A stretch of DNA of 64,000 nucleotides, from positions 118,544,001 to 118,608,000 of the forward strand of contig OX597816.1 in the NCBI GenBank assembly GCA_951406725.2. Direction: 5' to 3'. A program made the translations under genes and the position numbers. Each line of letters opens with the position of its first letter. Within the stretch, counting starts at the first letter, position 1. The DNA is from Octopus vulgaris (lineage: Eukaryota). Below are positions 1 through 13,394 of this stretch, piece after piece. The notes beneath the pieces were generated by a model, which searched no databases, was not told where the DNA came from, and saw only the letters and a list, made by a program, of their open reading frames with translations.

Positions 1-168
1 AGTCGATTATATCGACCTCAGTGCGTAACTGGTACTTATTTAATCGACCCCGAAAGGATGAAAGGCAAAGTCGACCTCGGCGGAATTTGAACTCAGAACA
101 TAACAGCAGATGAAATACCGCTAAGCATTTCACCCGGCATGCTAATGTTTTTGCCAGCTCGCCGCCTT
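1..168 (-). mobile_element. tRNA-derived SINE family A (MetaSINE-like central domain), cut by window edge
   Basis: Minus strand reads GGCGGCGAGCTGGCA...GAGTTCAAATTCC (B box), then GCCTTTCATCCTTTCGGGGTCGATTAAATAAGTACCAG, resembling the Meta/Sauria-SINE core. Many copies in the window. Confidence 0.85.
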
Positions 169-719
169 AAGCATAGCAGAAAATTGGCAACAACAACAAT
201 GTAATTCAATAAAATAAGTATTATCTTAGTATTTACATGTTTTTAAGGAAAATCTGTGACCAAATAACAAAATAAGATGAGCAACCTCAGTTAGGTCATT
301 AGCTGAGGAGTCAATGACCATATTATTTTCTTATCCTGGATAACATTTCTAACAACAACCAATAATCAATCCCCATATTCTTAAGACTAAAACTACAAAG
401 ATGATACACATATATTTATAAAAAAAAAGAAAAAGAAAATACAAATCAGCCACCACATTCATGCAGAGACAAACCACAATAACACAATTACCTATTATTT
501 TTTCATTCTACCAACTTATGATATTTCAATAATAACACTTTGAGGGATTACTTTCCATCTCACTTTTTTGGAAATTTCTAAAATAACAAGGAATAATTAG
601 CAAAATTTATAACAAAAATAGTAGAAAGGAGGCAGTATCACACAAACAGACATATATTCAGTTAAAACAGTTAACTATTATACACAAGGAATTATGCTAA
701 ACAAAAATTGTTAAATTAC

Positions 720-779
720 CTTGAAATCCATAACAAAATCATTTGCCTTTGTATGTGACACATTTAAGTTTTTGAATAC
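720..779 (-). CDS. Candidate 60-nt coding exon (VFKNLNVSHTKANDFVMDFK) of an unidentified gene
   Basis: Minus strand tgtacAG|GTATTC...TTCAAG|GTAATT; open phase-0 frame. Weak polypyrimidine tract; no homologue recognised. Confidence 0.25.
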
Positions 780-2241
780 CTGTACATTGATTTATAATAA
801 TTGAGAAATCCTACATTCAGTCATATTTTAGGTTTCCTCCAGTGATTCATATAATTTTTACATCTATAACAACTAATTTTCAAAAACAAATGTAATAGAC
901 AAAAACCACTGAATCCTTAAAACAACTCAGCTAATAATACTAACTCGAGGTCACTGAACTACCAAATGACTACTCCCATTATGACAAGCTTCTCTGTTTA
1001 TATATGGCATTAGAAAGGGCATCCACCCACAGAAACCATGCCAAAGTAGACAATAGAACACAGCACATTAAATGATGATGATGATGAAATACACATGATT
1101 CTCTGAATCCATGTTTTACACTATGCATTTATACACACATTCATACATATCTCAAATCATAACTAGTCACTCCTAGAAATCTACTAATTTGACATATTTC
1201 AATCAATTGACCTGCAATTCAATAGAACTGTTTCATTCCCATGCCAACAGCAGCCACTCCTGTAAAACCATCCACTACACTAGCAGATTAACAAGATTCC
1301 AGTCTGGTAAACTCATCAGCTAACAAAAATCTCTTAAGCAGTTTCCAAGTTTGCTTAGTGCAACTGGACAAATCTTAGGAAAAACACATACTAAAACCTA
1401 AATCATTAAAGTCAGCCTTAGTCATAAATAACATCCAAATGTTTCGGTTTCTATAGATACTAAATCACTTTTTTTTTCTTTTTTTTTTTTTAATGAAGTG
1501 AGGAGGATCTACATGTTAAACTCAATCTGTTACAACAGCAACCAAATCTGCCTCAAGTTACACAGGTGACAAATTACATCTGCTGCAAACCATTAAGCAG
1601 AGAGGAGCATAATCAATAAATACAGAGGTCTGGCCAGTGTCAATTAGTTTGTGCCAGTTGCTATCAAGACATTGGGTGTTCTAGGACTGCATACCAACAA
1701 TTTCCTCTGTAAAATAGGAATAACAGCAACCCGTTGGAGAAATGAGCCCCACAAAGTGGAGTGACTGCTGCAATGGATGTTGCTGGCCATTCTCTGCTGC
1801 AACGCCATCACACATTACCATGGTTGTTCTGGGATATGTGACCCATCACCATTTCCCCACTCCATCTTCTGCTACTTTATAACCTCCACTTTTTTCGTTT
1901 TCATTCTTTCCCTTTTATCTCTCTTTGAATTTAGATGTTTTAATAAAACAAACTTTATTTTCAAAAAACAAAGAATAAAATCTACCATATGTATTGAAAA
2001 AAAAAAACCACCACAAACCCCACCACCTTTGAAAATGAAACACCAGGTAATGTGGTCTTGCCTAACAAGTACAGAAGGAAAAGATAAGATGATCATAGCT
2101 CAACTATTCAATCAGGGATAACCTAGGGCTAAACCGTAACAGCAAAGTGGCATATCAAAAGCCTAGCCTTCTTGTTATGAGACAGAAATGGCTCTCTAAA
2201 ACAGCAAAATGCAATCAATATGAAAGTACTGTTTACAAACA

Positions 2242-2588
2242 GGCACAGGCTATGGTAACGAGTTTGATTCATTTCCAGTGTGACACCTTGACTAGGTGTC
2301 TTCTACTATAGTCTCAGGTCAACCAAAGCCTCATAAGTGAATCTGGCAGATAGAATCTGAAAGAAGCCCACCATGTGTGTGTGTGTCTTTGCGTCGCCCC
2401 CTCACACTACCTGACAACCAGTATTGACTTGCTTACATCCTCATAACTTAGCAGTTCAGCAATAGAGACCAATAGAACAAGTACCAGACTTCAAAAATAA
2501 ATACCAGGGTCAATTTATTTGATTAAACATTTCAACATGGTGCTCTAGTATGGCCACAGTCCTTTGATGCAACATGTAAAAGATAAAA
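2242..2588 (+). mobile_element. SINE family B (tRNA-like head, internal (TG)n, ...GCATGGCCACAGTC...AAAAGA tail), diverged copy
   Basis: Colinear with better-preserved copies at 51007, 52244 and 56015. Confidence 0.8.
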
Positions 2589-3449
2589 GGTAAGATAACT
2601 CCAATAGTGGTGCAGTTATACACACACAAACACTCTAGATTCCATCAAGGAAAACCTAATTAATTGGTAAGCCTTCACTTACCAACTCACTACAACCACA
2701 AGCACACCGATATAATGCTCTGCTACCATTATCGTAATAGTTTCAGCTTCCTACAAGCTGTGTCTCACCCATTTCACCTACTTACCCTCTCTACTCTATC
2801 TCCCCACAATATCCTGTACAAACTTTTGACTTATTTTCTACAAGAAGATACTCGCTCAAAGTACCACACAAAATAACTAACCTTGAAACTATGTGGTTTG
2901 GAAGCAAGGTTCATAACTACACAGTTGTACATATGCTTGTGTATGTATATTACCAGAATAATCATTCAACACCTTGTTTCCATGCTGGCATGGGTTGGAT
3001 GGTTCAACAGGATCTAACAGGCCACAAGGCTGTGCTGAGATCCAGTGCCAACTTTGGCATGGTTTCTACAGCTGGATGCCCTTCCTAATGCCAACTACAC
3101 TATTGTGTGTGTGTGTGTATAAATCCCTGTGTGACACCTTGGGGTCATAACTGGAATGGCATCTGACTATAAAAAATAAAAAATCTGCCTCAACAACCCA
3201 GGCAAGCATGAAAAATTGGATGTTAAAACAATGGTGTGTGTGTGTGATGATGATGATATTGATTATGGTGGTGGTGGCAATGATAAAAATGATGATTATA
3301 AACATCCATTACATTCATCTCACCAGTCTGGAAAAGCTTTCACAGAATTAAACATTTTTTTCCCAAACTAAAATGCAACTCGTCTTTTTTAATTCCTTGA
3401 TGAAATTTTCTATCAAATATTCACAAAAAGATACACACAAGTATATTAA

Positions 3450-3663
3450 CCCTTTTGCATTCAAATTTGTCAAATGTAATGCTTATTTATTCCCATTGTT
3501 TTGAATTAAATCATGTATTACCTTGTAACTTAGATTTCTATTATGTTTTGTTTACTTTTAAAATGACATTGTAGGGTAGGTGTGAGAGGCTGGATCTAGC
3601 TAGTTTGAACATAAAACAGGTAGAATACATGAGCCAGATATGGCCAGTTTAAATGCTAAAGGA
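3450..3663 (+). mobile_element. piggyBac-type MITE family D
   Basis: TTAA|CCCTTTTGCATT ... AATGCTAAAGGA|TTAA: terminal inverted repeats plus TTAA target duplication; homologous copies elsewhere. Confidence 0.8.
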
Positions 3664-3708
3664 TTAAAACTTAGAGAACACCCACATTAAAGTGGCAATC
3701 AACATTAC

Positions 3709-4110
3709 CTTTTGGTTCATATACTGCTTCCATCTCAAAGATTTTCTAACAGACTGGTTTCCCAATTACAAAATCAGTGATTATATGACACTGTATTTTC
3801 TATATATTGCAAAGCAAGATTAAATTACTGCCATGCCTGGCAAACGAGTTCCTAACACTGAAGAGATCCAATAAGATCAAAATCATGTGACCGGGTGGTC
3901 TGAAGGCAAGGGTGACAGGAGTTATCTCCCACTTACAATAAATATTAAGTGTGAAAAGCTCACTAAATAAACCAGCTGGAGATGTCTTCCTGGGGTGAAA
4001 ACAGCAGTATCGACGTCTCTTTGAAAATACCTACATTAAAGTGTCGATAAACACTACCGATTAAAACTTAGGTGTGCTTATTATACCTAAATACAAACAC
4101 AATTCCAAAC
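3709..4110 (-). other. Candidate exon, mostly non-coding, possibly ending in ATG AAC CAA AAG (MNQK)
   Basis: Donor CAAAAG|GTAATG at 3709; several possible TAG acceptors upstream (about 4030-4110); unique sequence. The upstream boundary is uncertain. Confidence 0.2.
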
Positions 4111-5329
4111 CTAAACAACAACACATATTTTCTCTTATATTTTTTTTCTATATTGAAGTAAAACCAAAAATATCTTAAAATGTGTTATGGTCAGTTAATG
4201 GATCATAACTGGCTAGAACAGCTGAAACATCTTTTTGGTTGCTGATATATAACTTCATGTCAAACCTGAATCACAGCTTACCAGTCAGATTTGACATCTC
4301 TCAGCTATCAAGCAACAAGTTCCCTTCAGATGATAAATTATTCGCTAAGAATTATACTTTAGATTCAAAGATAGACCAGCAACGATTCTATCTTTTCAAT
4401 CTTTGTTCTCTTCATGAATATTTCATACTACAAACAGGGTGTCTTGTCAGCTTATTCAAAACATTCTGCAGCATCCACTTTACACCTAAACCAAAAGCAC
4501 CTTTCCCACCAGCACTAGGTTCAATACATCACCTCTACCATGTTATCACATTGTTTCTGATTTAGAATATTCAAAACCACATATAAATATTGTGTAATTA
4601 AATATAATTGATAAATAATGAAAATTTTATTTTTAGTTAATGATAGAAATTTTAATTGCTTCAAGTTTCTCCAAATTAATGAAGCTGACCTACCATTGAG
4701 ACATGAATCTTATTGAAAAAAAGGCAGGGTACAAATTTAACGCGAACATACAGCAACTTGAGTAGAATAATTCCATGAGAGGCTAAGAACAAGTACAATT
4801 TAGATCAGTTGACAAAAAAAAATTGTTTTTAATCAGAAAGCACTATTCATATATTAAAACCACATGTGCACAATAGTGGAGACACACAGATAAAAAAAAA
4901 AACTAAACAAAAACTGCTAAACAATTGTTTCTAACAAAGGAATAAATACCAAGTATTTAGAGGGGAGTTACCTTATGCCATCGACCTCAGAACTTTACCC
5001 AAACTTGACTATGGCATAATTTGGATTGACCAAAACAAGTACCACAAAGTATTTTATCTAGAGCTTTAACTATTTTGCTGATTGTAAAACAATGTGAAAA
5101 TTAAAGGCTTGGTTCTATGTTCAAATTCAACAGAATGTCGTACTTTACCTTTTATTCTTCCAACAAGAATAAAAATCATTAAGTATTCATGTTGACAAGT
5201 GCTGGAAGAGACATCAGTCCATCCTTATACCAAAGTCAAAATCTGGAAATAGCAGATATCCTCAATGTGTACTTAATGAATAAAACAAAAAGTAACTCAA
5301 ACACCATAATGTATGAAAATTTCAACAAT

Positions 5330-5700
5330 GTGGGTTTTGTGTTCAGTTCCACTGCATAATACCTAAGGCGAGTGGCTTTTATTAGAGCCCCAAGCCAACT
5401 GAGTCTTATGAGTGGGTCTGGTAGATGGATACTAAAAGAGGCTCACCATGTTCGTGTGTGTGTGTGTGTGTGCTTGTCTTGACATCACATGACAGGTGCG
5501 AATAAGTGTCACCCTCATACAAATAGTGTTATTTTCAATCTTACATGAAAACCTGTCTGACCCTAAGGAAATATTGCTTAGAAACAAACAAAAGTCGGTG
5601 GCAGGAAGGACAACCAGCTGCAGAAAATCTCCATCAATGAATTCTATCTAGCCCATACAATCTTGGAAAAGTAAATGTTCAAACAATGATGATAATGATA
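5330..5700 (+). mobile_element. Composite SINE B/G: family-B head, (TG)n, then GGAAGGGCATCC-type/(GAT)n tail
   Basis: 5' half matches SINE B; 3' half matches 10765-10935, 46070-46280 and 56760-56980. Confidence 0.65.
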
Positions 5701-6639
5701 ACAGCTCTATATGAACAATTGAAGACAACAGCAAAAAGGGAAGGATGACACAGTAATGAATTAGATTTCATTTCAAAACTTCCTTCAGTTTTGATAGGTA
5801 ACAATCTCATATTGCATTTCTTTATTCATGTTCTATACACTATATTTCATTTAATATCTATGGGATTGATTGGCCATCCTGGTTCCAGTTTTCAAATATA
5901 GCTCACAGAATAAAAAATAATCACAAATCAACGCATTTGTTTTTTCACATATAAGACTCTATGGTTCACAAATTTATTTACTACAAAAATGATCTCAATA
6001 AGTTCTGCTTTAGAAAGAAACAAACCAAACTACAAGTCAACATGGCTAGTAACCAATACCAACTACTCAAGAGAGGATATCACAGTAATACCTCATTAAA
6101 TGAAGCCAAAAAAAAAAGGAAAAAGAAAACAAAAGAAAAGAAAAAAGAAAGACAAAAAGCTAAACAAGACAGCATGGCACCAGCCAAAATGGCTACAAAC
6201 CAATATCACTCACTGAGACTTATGTAAAGCAGTAGGAACTAAAAACAACTAGACTGCAGGATGCCACTAAGTGGCTTCTAACCAAAAACAATGAAATGCC
6301 AAGATATCAGTCACTAGCTTACTAATCCAAATATTTTATGAAATAACAGAATACAACATGACACAAACAAAAAAAAATCTTATCCAGAAAGGAAGACCCA
6401 CCCCCACTGCCTGCCAATGACTGTAGCCCACCAAGATACAGGTATGTGGCCAAGTAGGTCAACTGTTATCAAATATCCTTTCAACATTTGCAACCACCAA
6501 ATATTTAAATGCCACCGTTTTATCACAATTGTTTGCTTGATTCACTGATTGCTTCAGTGCTCACAACACTATCTGAGAAATAAATGACTGAGATTAGGAA
6601 GATTAAAAAAAAATTCTTTTAAATTGCTACCATGATTAA

Positions 6640-6830
6640 CACTTTTGATGCCAATCCACATGAGACCATTCTTGGTTCTGTGACACCAATTTCCTGTTTC
6701 AAAGTATCTAAATTTAAACCTTCTCTCAAAATTTCATGTTAATTTGTTTCCAAGCACCAGCTTAATAACAACCGAGTCATATTAATAAAGTCTTCGTTAT
6801 TTTAAAAATTAATTGAAAGAAATATGGTAA
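6640..6830 (+). mobile_element. piggyBac-type MITE family E, degenerate
   Basis: TTAA|CACTTTTGATGCCAA start; similar to 7946-8166. Confidence 0.55.
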
Positions 6831-6854
6831 GCATTAAGTATTTTCTACTTTATT

Positions 6855-7234
6855 TATCTTTTACTTGTTTCAGTCATTAGACTATGGCCATGCTGGGGCA
6901 CCACCTTGAGGAATTTTAGTCAAGCAAATCAACCCCAGTACTTATTTTTATTTTAAACCTGGTACTTATTCTATTGGTCTCTTTTTGTCAAACCATTAAG
7001 ATATGGAGATGGAAACACACCAACACCAGATGTCAAGCAGTGGTGAGGGACAAATACAGGCATACACACACACACACAGAGGCTTTTTTCAGTTTTTTTT
7101 TTTTACCAAATCTGCTCACAAGGCTTTGGTTGGCCTAGGTCATAGTAGAAGACACCTGCCCAAGGTGCCCCACAGCGGGACTGAACCTGGAACCATGTGG
7201 ATGGAAAGTAAGCCTCTCACTGCACAGCCATACC
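6855..7234 (-). mobile_element. SINE family B
   Basis: Reverse complement of the B consensus, including tail and head. Confidence 0.85.
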
Positions 7235-7568
7235 TATTAAACTTTTGTAGTGTGTTATCTGGATATTTATAACACCACTATCTAGCTATATTTAACACAT
7301 CAAATGATGGGGGAACTAGAGGTTACACATAAAATAAAATCAACATTAGTCATATGGCGTGGTTAAGTGGATAAGAAGTTCACTTGCAGCCATTGAGCAA
7401 CACTAAGAGCAAGTACCTATATCATGGCCTTGGGTAGACCTAGTTGAATGAATGTCTACTGCTCTCGACAAAAGATACATACAATGGTGTGAATATAGCA
7501 TAGCCATAACTAGCAAGTATGACTTGGCAATATGTACCATGCTTTCACTAATTGTTTTTAACCTTTAA

Positions 7569-7786
7569 CCCTTTAGCATTCAAATTACTCTGCCAAATGT
7601 AAAGCTTATTTATTCATATTGTTTTGAATTAATCATGTAGTCTCAAAGCTTTGAGATTTTGATGATGTTATTGTCTATTTTTAGAATGGTGTTGTAGGGT
7701 AGGTGTGAGAGGTTAGATCAGGCTAGTTTGAAAATAAAACCGAAGGCCTATTATGGCCAGATATGGCTGGTTTAAATACTAAAAGG
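7569..7786 (+). mobile_element. piggyBac-type MITE family D
   Basis: TTAA|CCCTTTAGCATT ... AATACTAAAAGG|TTAA. Confidence 0.85.
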
Positions 7787-7790
7787 TTAA

Positions 7791-7941
7791 CCATTCCGAT
7801 CATTCTGCCAAATTGTTCTGATAGCTTTGAGATTTTAATGATGGGACTGTTTATTTTTAGAATGACAGTGTTGGGTAGGCATAAAAGATTAGATCTAACC
7901 AGTTTGAACATAAAATAGAAACAATATTTTGGCCAGAAGGG
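7791..7941 (+). mobile_element. Internally deleted MITE family D copy
   Basis: Shares TTAA with neighbours on both sides; interior homologous to family D; ends GAAGGG|TTAA. Confidence 0.7.
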
Positions 7942-7945
7942 TTAA

Positions 7946-8166
7946 CCCTTTTGATACCAACCTGCCTGAAACCACCTCTGGCTCTGTAGTGGAAATGTCT
8001 TGTTTGCAAAAGTTCTGAATCAAAATCTTCCACCAAACCTTAGTCACAATTTATGTTCCTAACACTAGCTTAATGATAACTAAGTTATTTTTCTAAATTC
8101 TTTGTTATATTATAATCAATTGAAAGAAACATAGTGCATCTCAACAGAAATATAATAACAAAAGGG
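7946..8166 (+). mobile_element. piggyBac-type MITE family E
   Basis: TTAA|CCCTTTTGATAC ... ATAACAAAAGGG|TTAA. Confidence 0.85.
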
Positions 8167-8608
8167 TTAAAGTGTAGTCATGAGCAGATATAGATAATCT
8201 TAGCCACCCCACTTCCTCACCGGCCCAGTAGAACATCCAGCATGTGATAGCTAGAGAGAGAGTAACCAGCACATGACTGATACTTATTTTTCAGCTGAAT
8301 AAATGAAAGTAACCTGAAATAATATGCCTCGCTCAAGAAGACAAGATGCCACCTCATTTAGAATTGAACCTACATACAACTTGAGGCCAACACTGTAACT
8401 ACTAAACCATGCACCTTCACACATAAGTGCATATAAGCAAGAAATCAAGTTACACAGACATTTTCTTATTGGTCATGCCATCAGAAACATAGTAAACTAG
8501 TGATTTGCATGTTGAAAACCAATCACCAGTGATGCTAGTGTTAGGAAAATAATGTTCAATATCAAATTGAAAGAATAAAAAGTAAATATTTAAAATTAAA
8601 ATATATTA

Positions 8609-8653
8609 GGCGTAGGAGTGGATTTGGTAGACGGAAACTGAAATAAGCCAGTC

Positions 8654-8690
<37 letters not shown>

Positions 8691-8872
8691 TCCCCCTAAC
8701 ATTGCTTGACAACCGATGCCAGTGTGTTTACATCCTTGTAACTTAGCGGTTCGGCAGAAGAGACTGATAGAATAAGTACTAAGCTTACAAAGAATAAGTC
8801 CTGGGATCGATTTGCTCAACTAAAGGCGGTGCTCCAGCATGGCCACAGTCACATGACAAACAATTAAAAGAT
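8609..8872 (+). mobile_element. SINE family B with an internal deletion in the head
   Basis: GGCGTAGGAGTGG joined directly to ATTTGGTAGACGG (GAGTGG microhomology); intact tail. Confidence 0.8.
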
Positions 8873-9139
8873 AGTATTAGATACAAAATTCAACAGAAAT
8901 ACACTCACATGCATTCCTTTAGCCTTTAACTAGTTTCAGTCATTGGACTGCAAACATTCTCAAGCACTACCAGTTTTTTAAAATTTACTTTTCTATTGTT
9001 TGTGTCTTTGAGAGCAACTCTAGTATTTAATTCAGCACAATACCTATTTTACTGATCTATAGTTTATCAAGTCATTAACAACTAAGATTTTGTTAATGAC
9101 TAGGATTTTGTTCCCTTTCTAAGTAAGAGGTTAATTTCA

Positions 9140-9545
9140 TCATTATCATTGTTTTAACATCCACTTTTCCATGCTCACATTGGTCAGATGGATTTTGCTG
9201 AGGCAGATTTTCTAAGGCTGGATGCACTCCCTGTTGCCACTCCTCGCTTGTTTCCATGTAAGGTAATATTTCCCCATGATCAATTATGTTTCCACATTAT
9301 ACTGGAAAGGATACTGCATGAAGAGTGACACTTGTTTAGAAATATCATGTAGCATCAAGACTAAGAGACAATAACACACACACACACACACATGTATATA
9401 CGTTGGGGTTCTTTCAGTGTCCATCTACCAAATCCATTCATAAGGTTTTGGTTGGTCCAAGGCCATAGTAGAAGACACTCACCCATAGTTCCAGGACTGA
9501 ACCTAGAACCATGTGCTTGGGAAGTAAACTTCTTACCACAAAACC
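9140..9545 (-). mobile_element. Composite SINE B/G
   Basis: (CAT)n tail and G body, (CA)n, then B head, all on the minus strand. Confidence 0.7.
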
Positions 9546-9802
9546 CTGACTCCTCCACTAAGAGGGAAACTTCAGTTCACTAAAATTGTTGGTGAGTCCA
9601 TTATTGAGTAAATTGACATGAATTTAATAGGATGAACACAGAATTTTAAAAAATATGTTTGACATGAGTTAATATTGTAATTCCCTTCTAAATATTAAAT
9701 GCATATAAGTGTAATCTAATGGTTAAAAACATTATCATTCCTAATTTAGAAATAAAGCTACTGGAATCAAATCCAGTCTAATATGCTCAGTGAGTGCTAT
9801 TC

Positions 9803-9836
<34 letters not shown>

Positions 9837-10527
9837 TTTCTCACTGATTGTTGGTAATGGGTGTTCCAAATTTTTTAAAAAATGGCCCAAATTAAACATT
9901 CTCCATATAAGCTACATATATGAATAGAGTTAATCTACGAATATTACAGACACGATATATATATATATATGCAACATCCATACTATATTTTTCTTTTATC
10001 AGTTTAAAGACGTCAATTATAACAGATGCTTATACACATGTGCACACAGCTTAAAAAGAAAAATAAAGAACCTACGTTTACAAATATTATAAAATTTCAG
10101 ACATGATCGTTGAAAAAAGAAAAAGACTATCCTTGTTTTTAATCACAAAAAATATTACATATATATATTATATGCTTAGATACACAATTGTGTATACACA
10201 CACACACACATTTTTCAATACGTGTGTATCTTTTTCATTTTTTTATTTTAAATTAGTAATTCAGAAAAATAACATTAAAACTATACAATTTATTAATTGC
10301 ATTGTTTCTTACTTCTGAATTTTGTTCAAATTTCAAATTTTGTAACAAAGCTTCAAACATCAGCTTTTATCCAACATATTTAAAGACATCCAGCCAAGAT
10401 GATCTGAGGCAATTCTGTTATATTTTCTGTTAAATCAATTGCTTTCCTTCCCAAGAGATCAAGTCACACAGACAATTTATTGACTGTCTGATTGGCGGGT
10501 CAATTTGAATGTTGCTGCTATGAATAC

Positions 10528-10576
<49 letters not shown>

Positions 10577-11818
10577 ACACAGCCTTCAAGGCCAAGATCA
10601 AAGCAGTCAATATATCAGTTTGTCCATTTAAGAAGTCTTGTTTATGTAGCTTCTTCACTCTTCGATTTTAATCAAAAATTCAGAAAAATAATACAAGTAT
10701 GTTTTATTAATTGCATTGATTTCCCCACATAGAAACAACTGTTTAATTTTATAGGTTTCTAATCTCACATGAAAACAGGTCTGGTCATGAGGAATATTAC
10801 CTTAATTGGAAAACAGGTGAGAGATGCTGACAGGAAGGGCATCTGGCTGTAGAAAGTCCACCTCAACAAATTCCATCCAACCAATGTGAGCCTGAGTAAA
10901 ATGGATATTAAATGATGATCACTAGTGATGATGATGATTTTTGCATCCACATCTGTGTGTGTGTGTTATTTATGTTGCAGTTTCAGCAGTCAACCATAAC
11001 TGAGCAGGCCTATGATCAGAAGGCATTCAAGCTTCCCTACCCCCTACACCCCCGAGAGTGCACCCATGATAACATTATCCAATATATTCATTTCTTTTTT
11101 GAAACCTTTAAAGTATGATTTGAGAGAGATTTGGCTGCTATTTCTAGCCATTGTTGGCTCATGGTGATGATGGCAAAAGTGGTAATAGCAATGTTGATAG
11201 AAGGAAGCCCTGGTGTTGTATTTTGGGGCTTATGATGATGATAGTGATGCTGGTGGGAAAGATGACGATGATGATCCAGCTAAATGTCGGTTATAAGGTA
11301 TGACAAAATTCAGTCAGTAAACTCAACATGGACCAGCTAGTTCTGCAAATCTAGAGATTTTTCACAGACTATTGTGCAGAGAGGTTATTGTGCAGAGAGG
11401 TATTTTTACAACTAAAAACATTTCCTGATGCTTAGAGAACAAAATGTGAAGCTGGAATGCTATCATATTATCCAAAGATATCCATTAACTAAACAACTTA
11501 ACTCTTCAGTCACAGAACTTATCAAAAATACAGAAACAGACTTCATTATGCTAGCTTCAGAAAAGATAACAATTAAATTAGATACTTTTAAATATCAGCT
11601 GAGCAGGTTTAGTTTCAGCACCTTTACTATTACAACCCCATCACCACCACTACTCATCTAATATAGTCAATTACTAAAACCTTAGATGCCTCTTTTTTTC
11701 TATCCAGTTTGTTTCCTTAATCCAATGACTGAACATTGTTTGTTGCTGCTGCTATCTTAGAAATTACTGAAGCTAGAATGCTCAAATATTTTTCAACAAT
11801 CCTTACTAATTTATCATT

Positions 11819-12285
11819 AAGGCAGCAAGCTGGCAGAATCGTTAGCATGCCAGACAAAATGCTTAGCAGCATTCCTTCTGACTTTATGTTCTTAGTTCAA
11901 ACACTGTTAAGGTCAACTTTGCTTTTAATCCTTTCAAGGTTGATGAAATAAGTATCAGTTAAGTACTAGGGTCAATGAAATAAGTACCAGTCAAGTGTTG
12001 GGGAGTTGGGGGTGGGGCAATGTAATCGACTAGCCTCCTTCTCCCAAACTTTCAAGCCTTGTGCCTATAATAGACAGGATTATTATTATTATTATTAGCA
12101 GCAGCACACTAAACAAGATGCTTAACAGCATTTCATCGTCTTCACATTCTGAGTTCAAATTCTGCAGAGGTCGACTTTGCCTTTCATTCTTTCAAGGTCA
12201 ATAAAATAAGTACCGGTTGACCATTGGAGTCAATATAATAGACTTACCCAAATTGCTGGCCTTGTGCCAAAATTTGGAATCATCA
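11819..12285 (+). mobile_element. Two adjacent SINE family A copies
   Basis: Heads near 11819 and 12105; both have B-box and Meta-like cores and (ATT)n tails. Confidence 0.75.
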
Positions 12286-13176
12286 TCATTATTATTATTA
12301 TTGATTTTGAAACACATGAAGATACACACACATATACAAAAACACAAGGACAAGCACATATATACAAAAAAGCTTCCACACAGTTTCCATCTATCAGATT
12401 CATTCACAGGACATTGATCAGCCTAGGGCTATTATACAAGACACTTGCTTAAAGTGTTGAGCAGTGAAACTGAACTTGAAACCATCTGGTTGCAAAACAA
12501 TCTTCTAAACCAGACATCCATATATTCAACTTCAGCACAAAGCTACACATTTTAGGAGAAGGAACAGCTGGTTTGAACAATCACTGACTAGTACTAATTT
12601 AAGTACAAAAAGTATAAAAAAAACAATGCCAGTGAAATTTCAACTCAACACAAGGAGATGCAACTAAATAGGCACAAAGCAATTTGTTTCTTGTTCTACT
12701 AATTCTACTGTCTACCAAAGGGCTAACAGAATGGCAGAAACAATAGACTGCCAAATTAAATACATTTTATTATTTAATTCTGATCCTTTAGTTAAAATGG
12801 CAGTTCAAAACTTGCTTGACATCTATTCTGGGATTGATGAAAATGCTAAGAGAGCTAGACTAAATGTTTCGCATTTTATATCATCTAACCTCGACACCTA
12901 GGTTCAGATCTTGCTAAGAGCAGCTTTACCATTCTTCTTTCATTTGGGAATGACAAAATATAATACCAGTTATGCACACTGAAGTTAGTTTGATAAAATA
13001 TACTCCAAGGAATTAGAAGTCATTACACAATTCTATGGATTGTTGTTGTTTAGCACTAATCAACTCTGATGAGATCTGTGTACAATAGTATTCTAGTCCT
13101 GACTATCCCAGCTTTGCATATCAAGGACTGGCATGCGATTTTTCATTAATTCAAAAGGCTAAACATTGATGTTTAA

Positions 13177-13394
13177 ACCTTTTATTACCCTATCTCCGTT
13201 GCAATACACTACCTTTGTTTCTTTTAATTTTGAAAATAATGAAGTATTTAGTAAAATAACTCAGTCATTATTAAGCTGGGGTTTGGGAACACAGATTAAA
13301 GTGAAATTTTGATGAAAGTTCTTAGATTACTTTGGAACAAGAAGTTTTTATGATTGAATCAGAGGTGGTCTCAGGAGGGTTGATATCGAAAGGG
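13177..13394 (-). mobile_element. piggyBac-type MITE family E
   Basis: TTAA-flanked; ends GATATCGAAAGGG|TTAA; reverse complement of 7946-8166. Confidence 0.75.
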
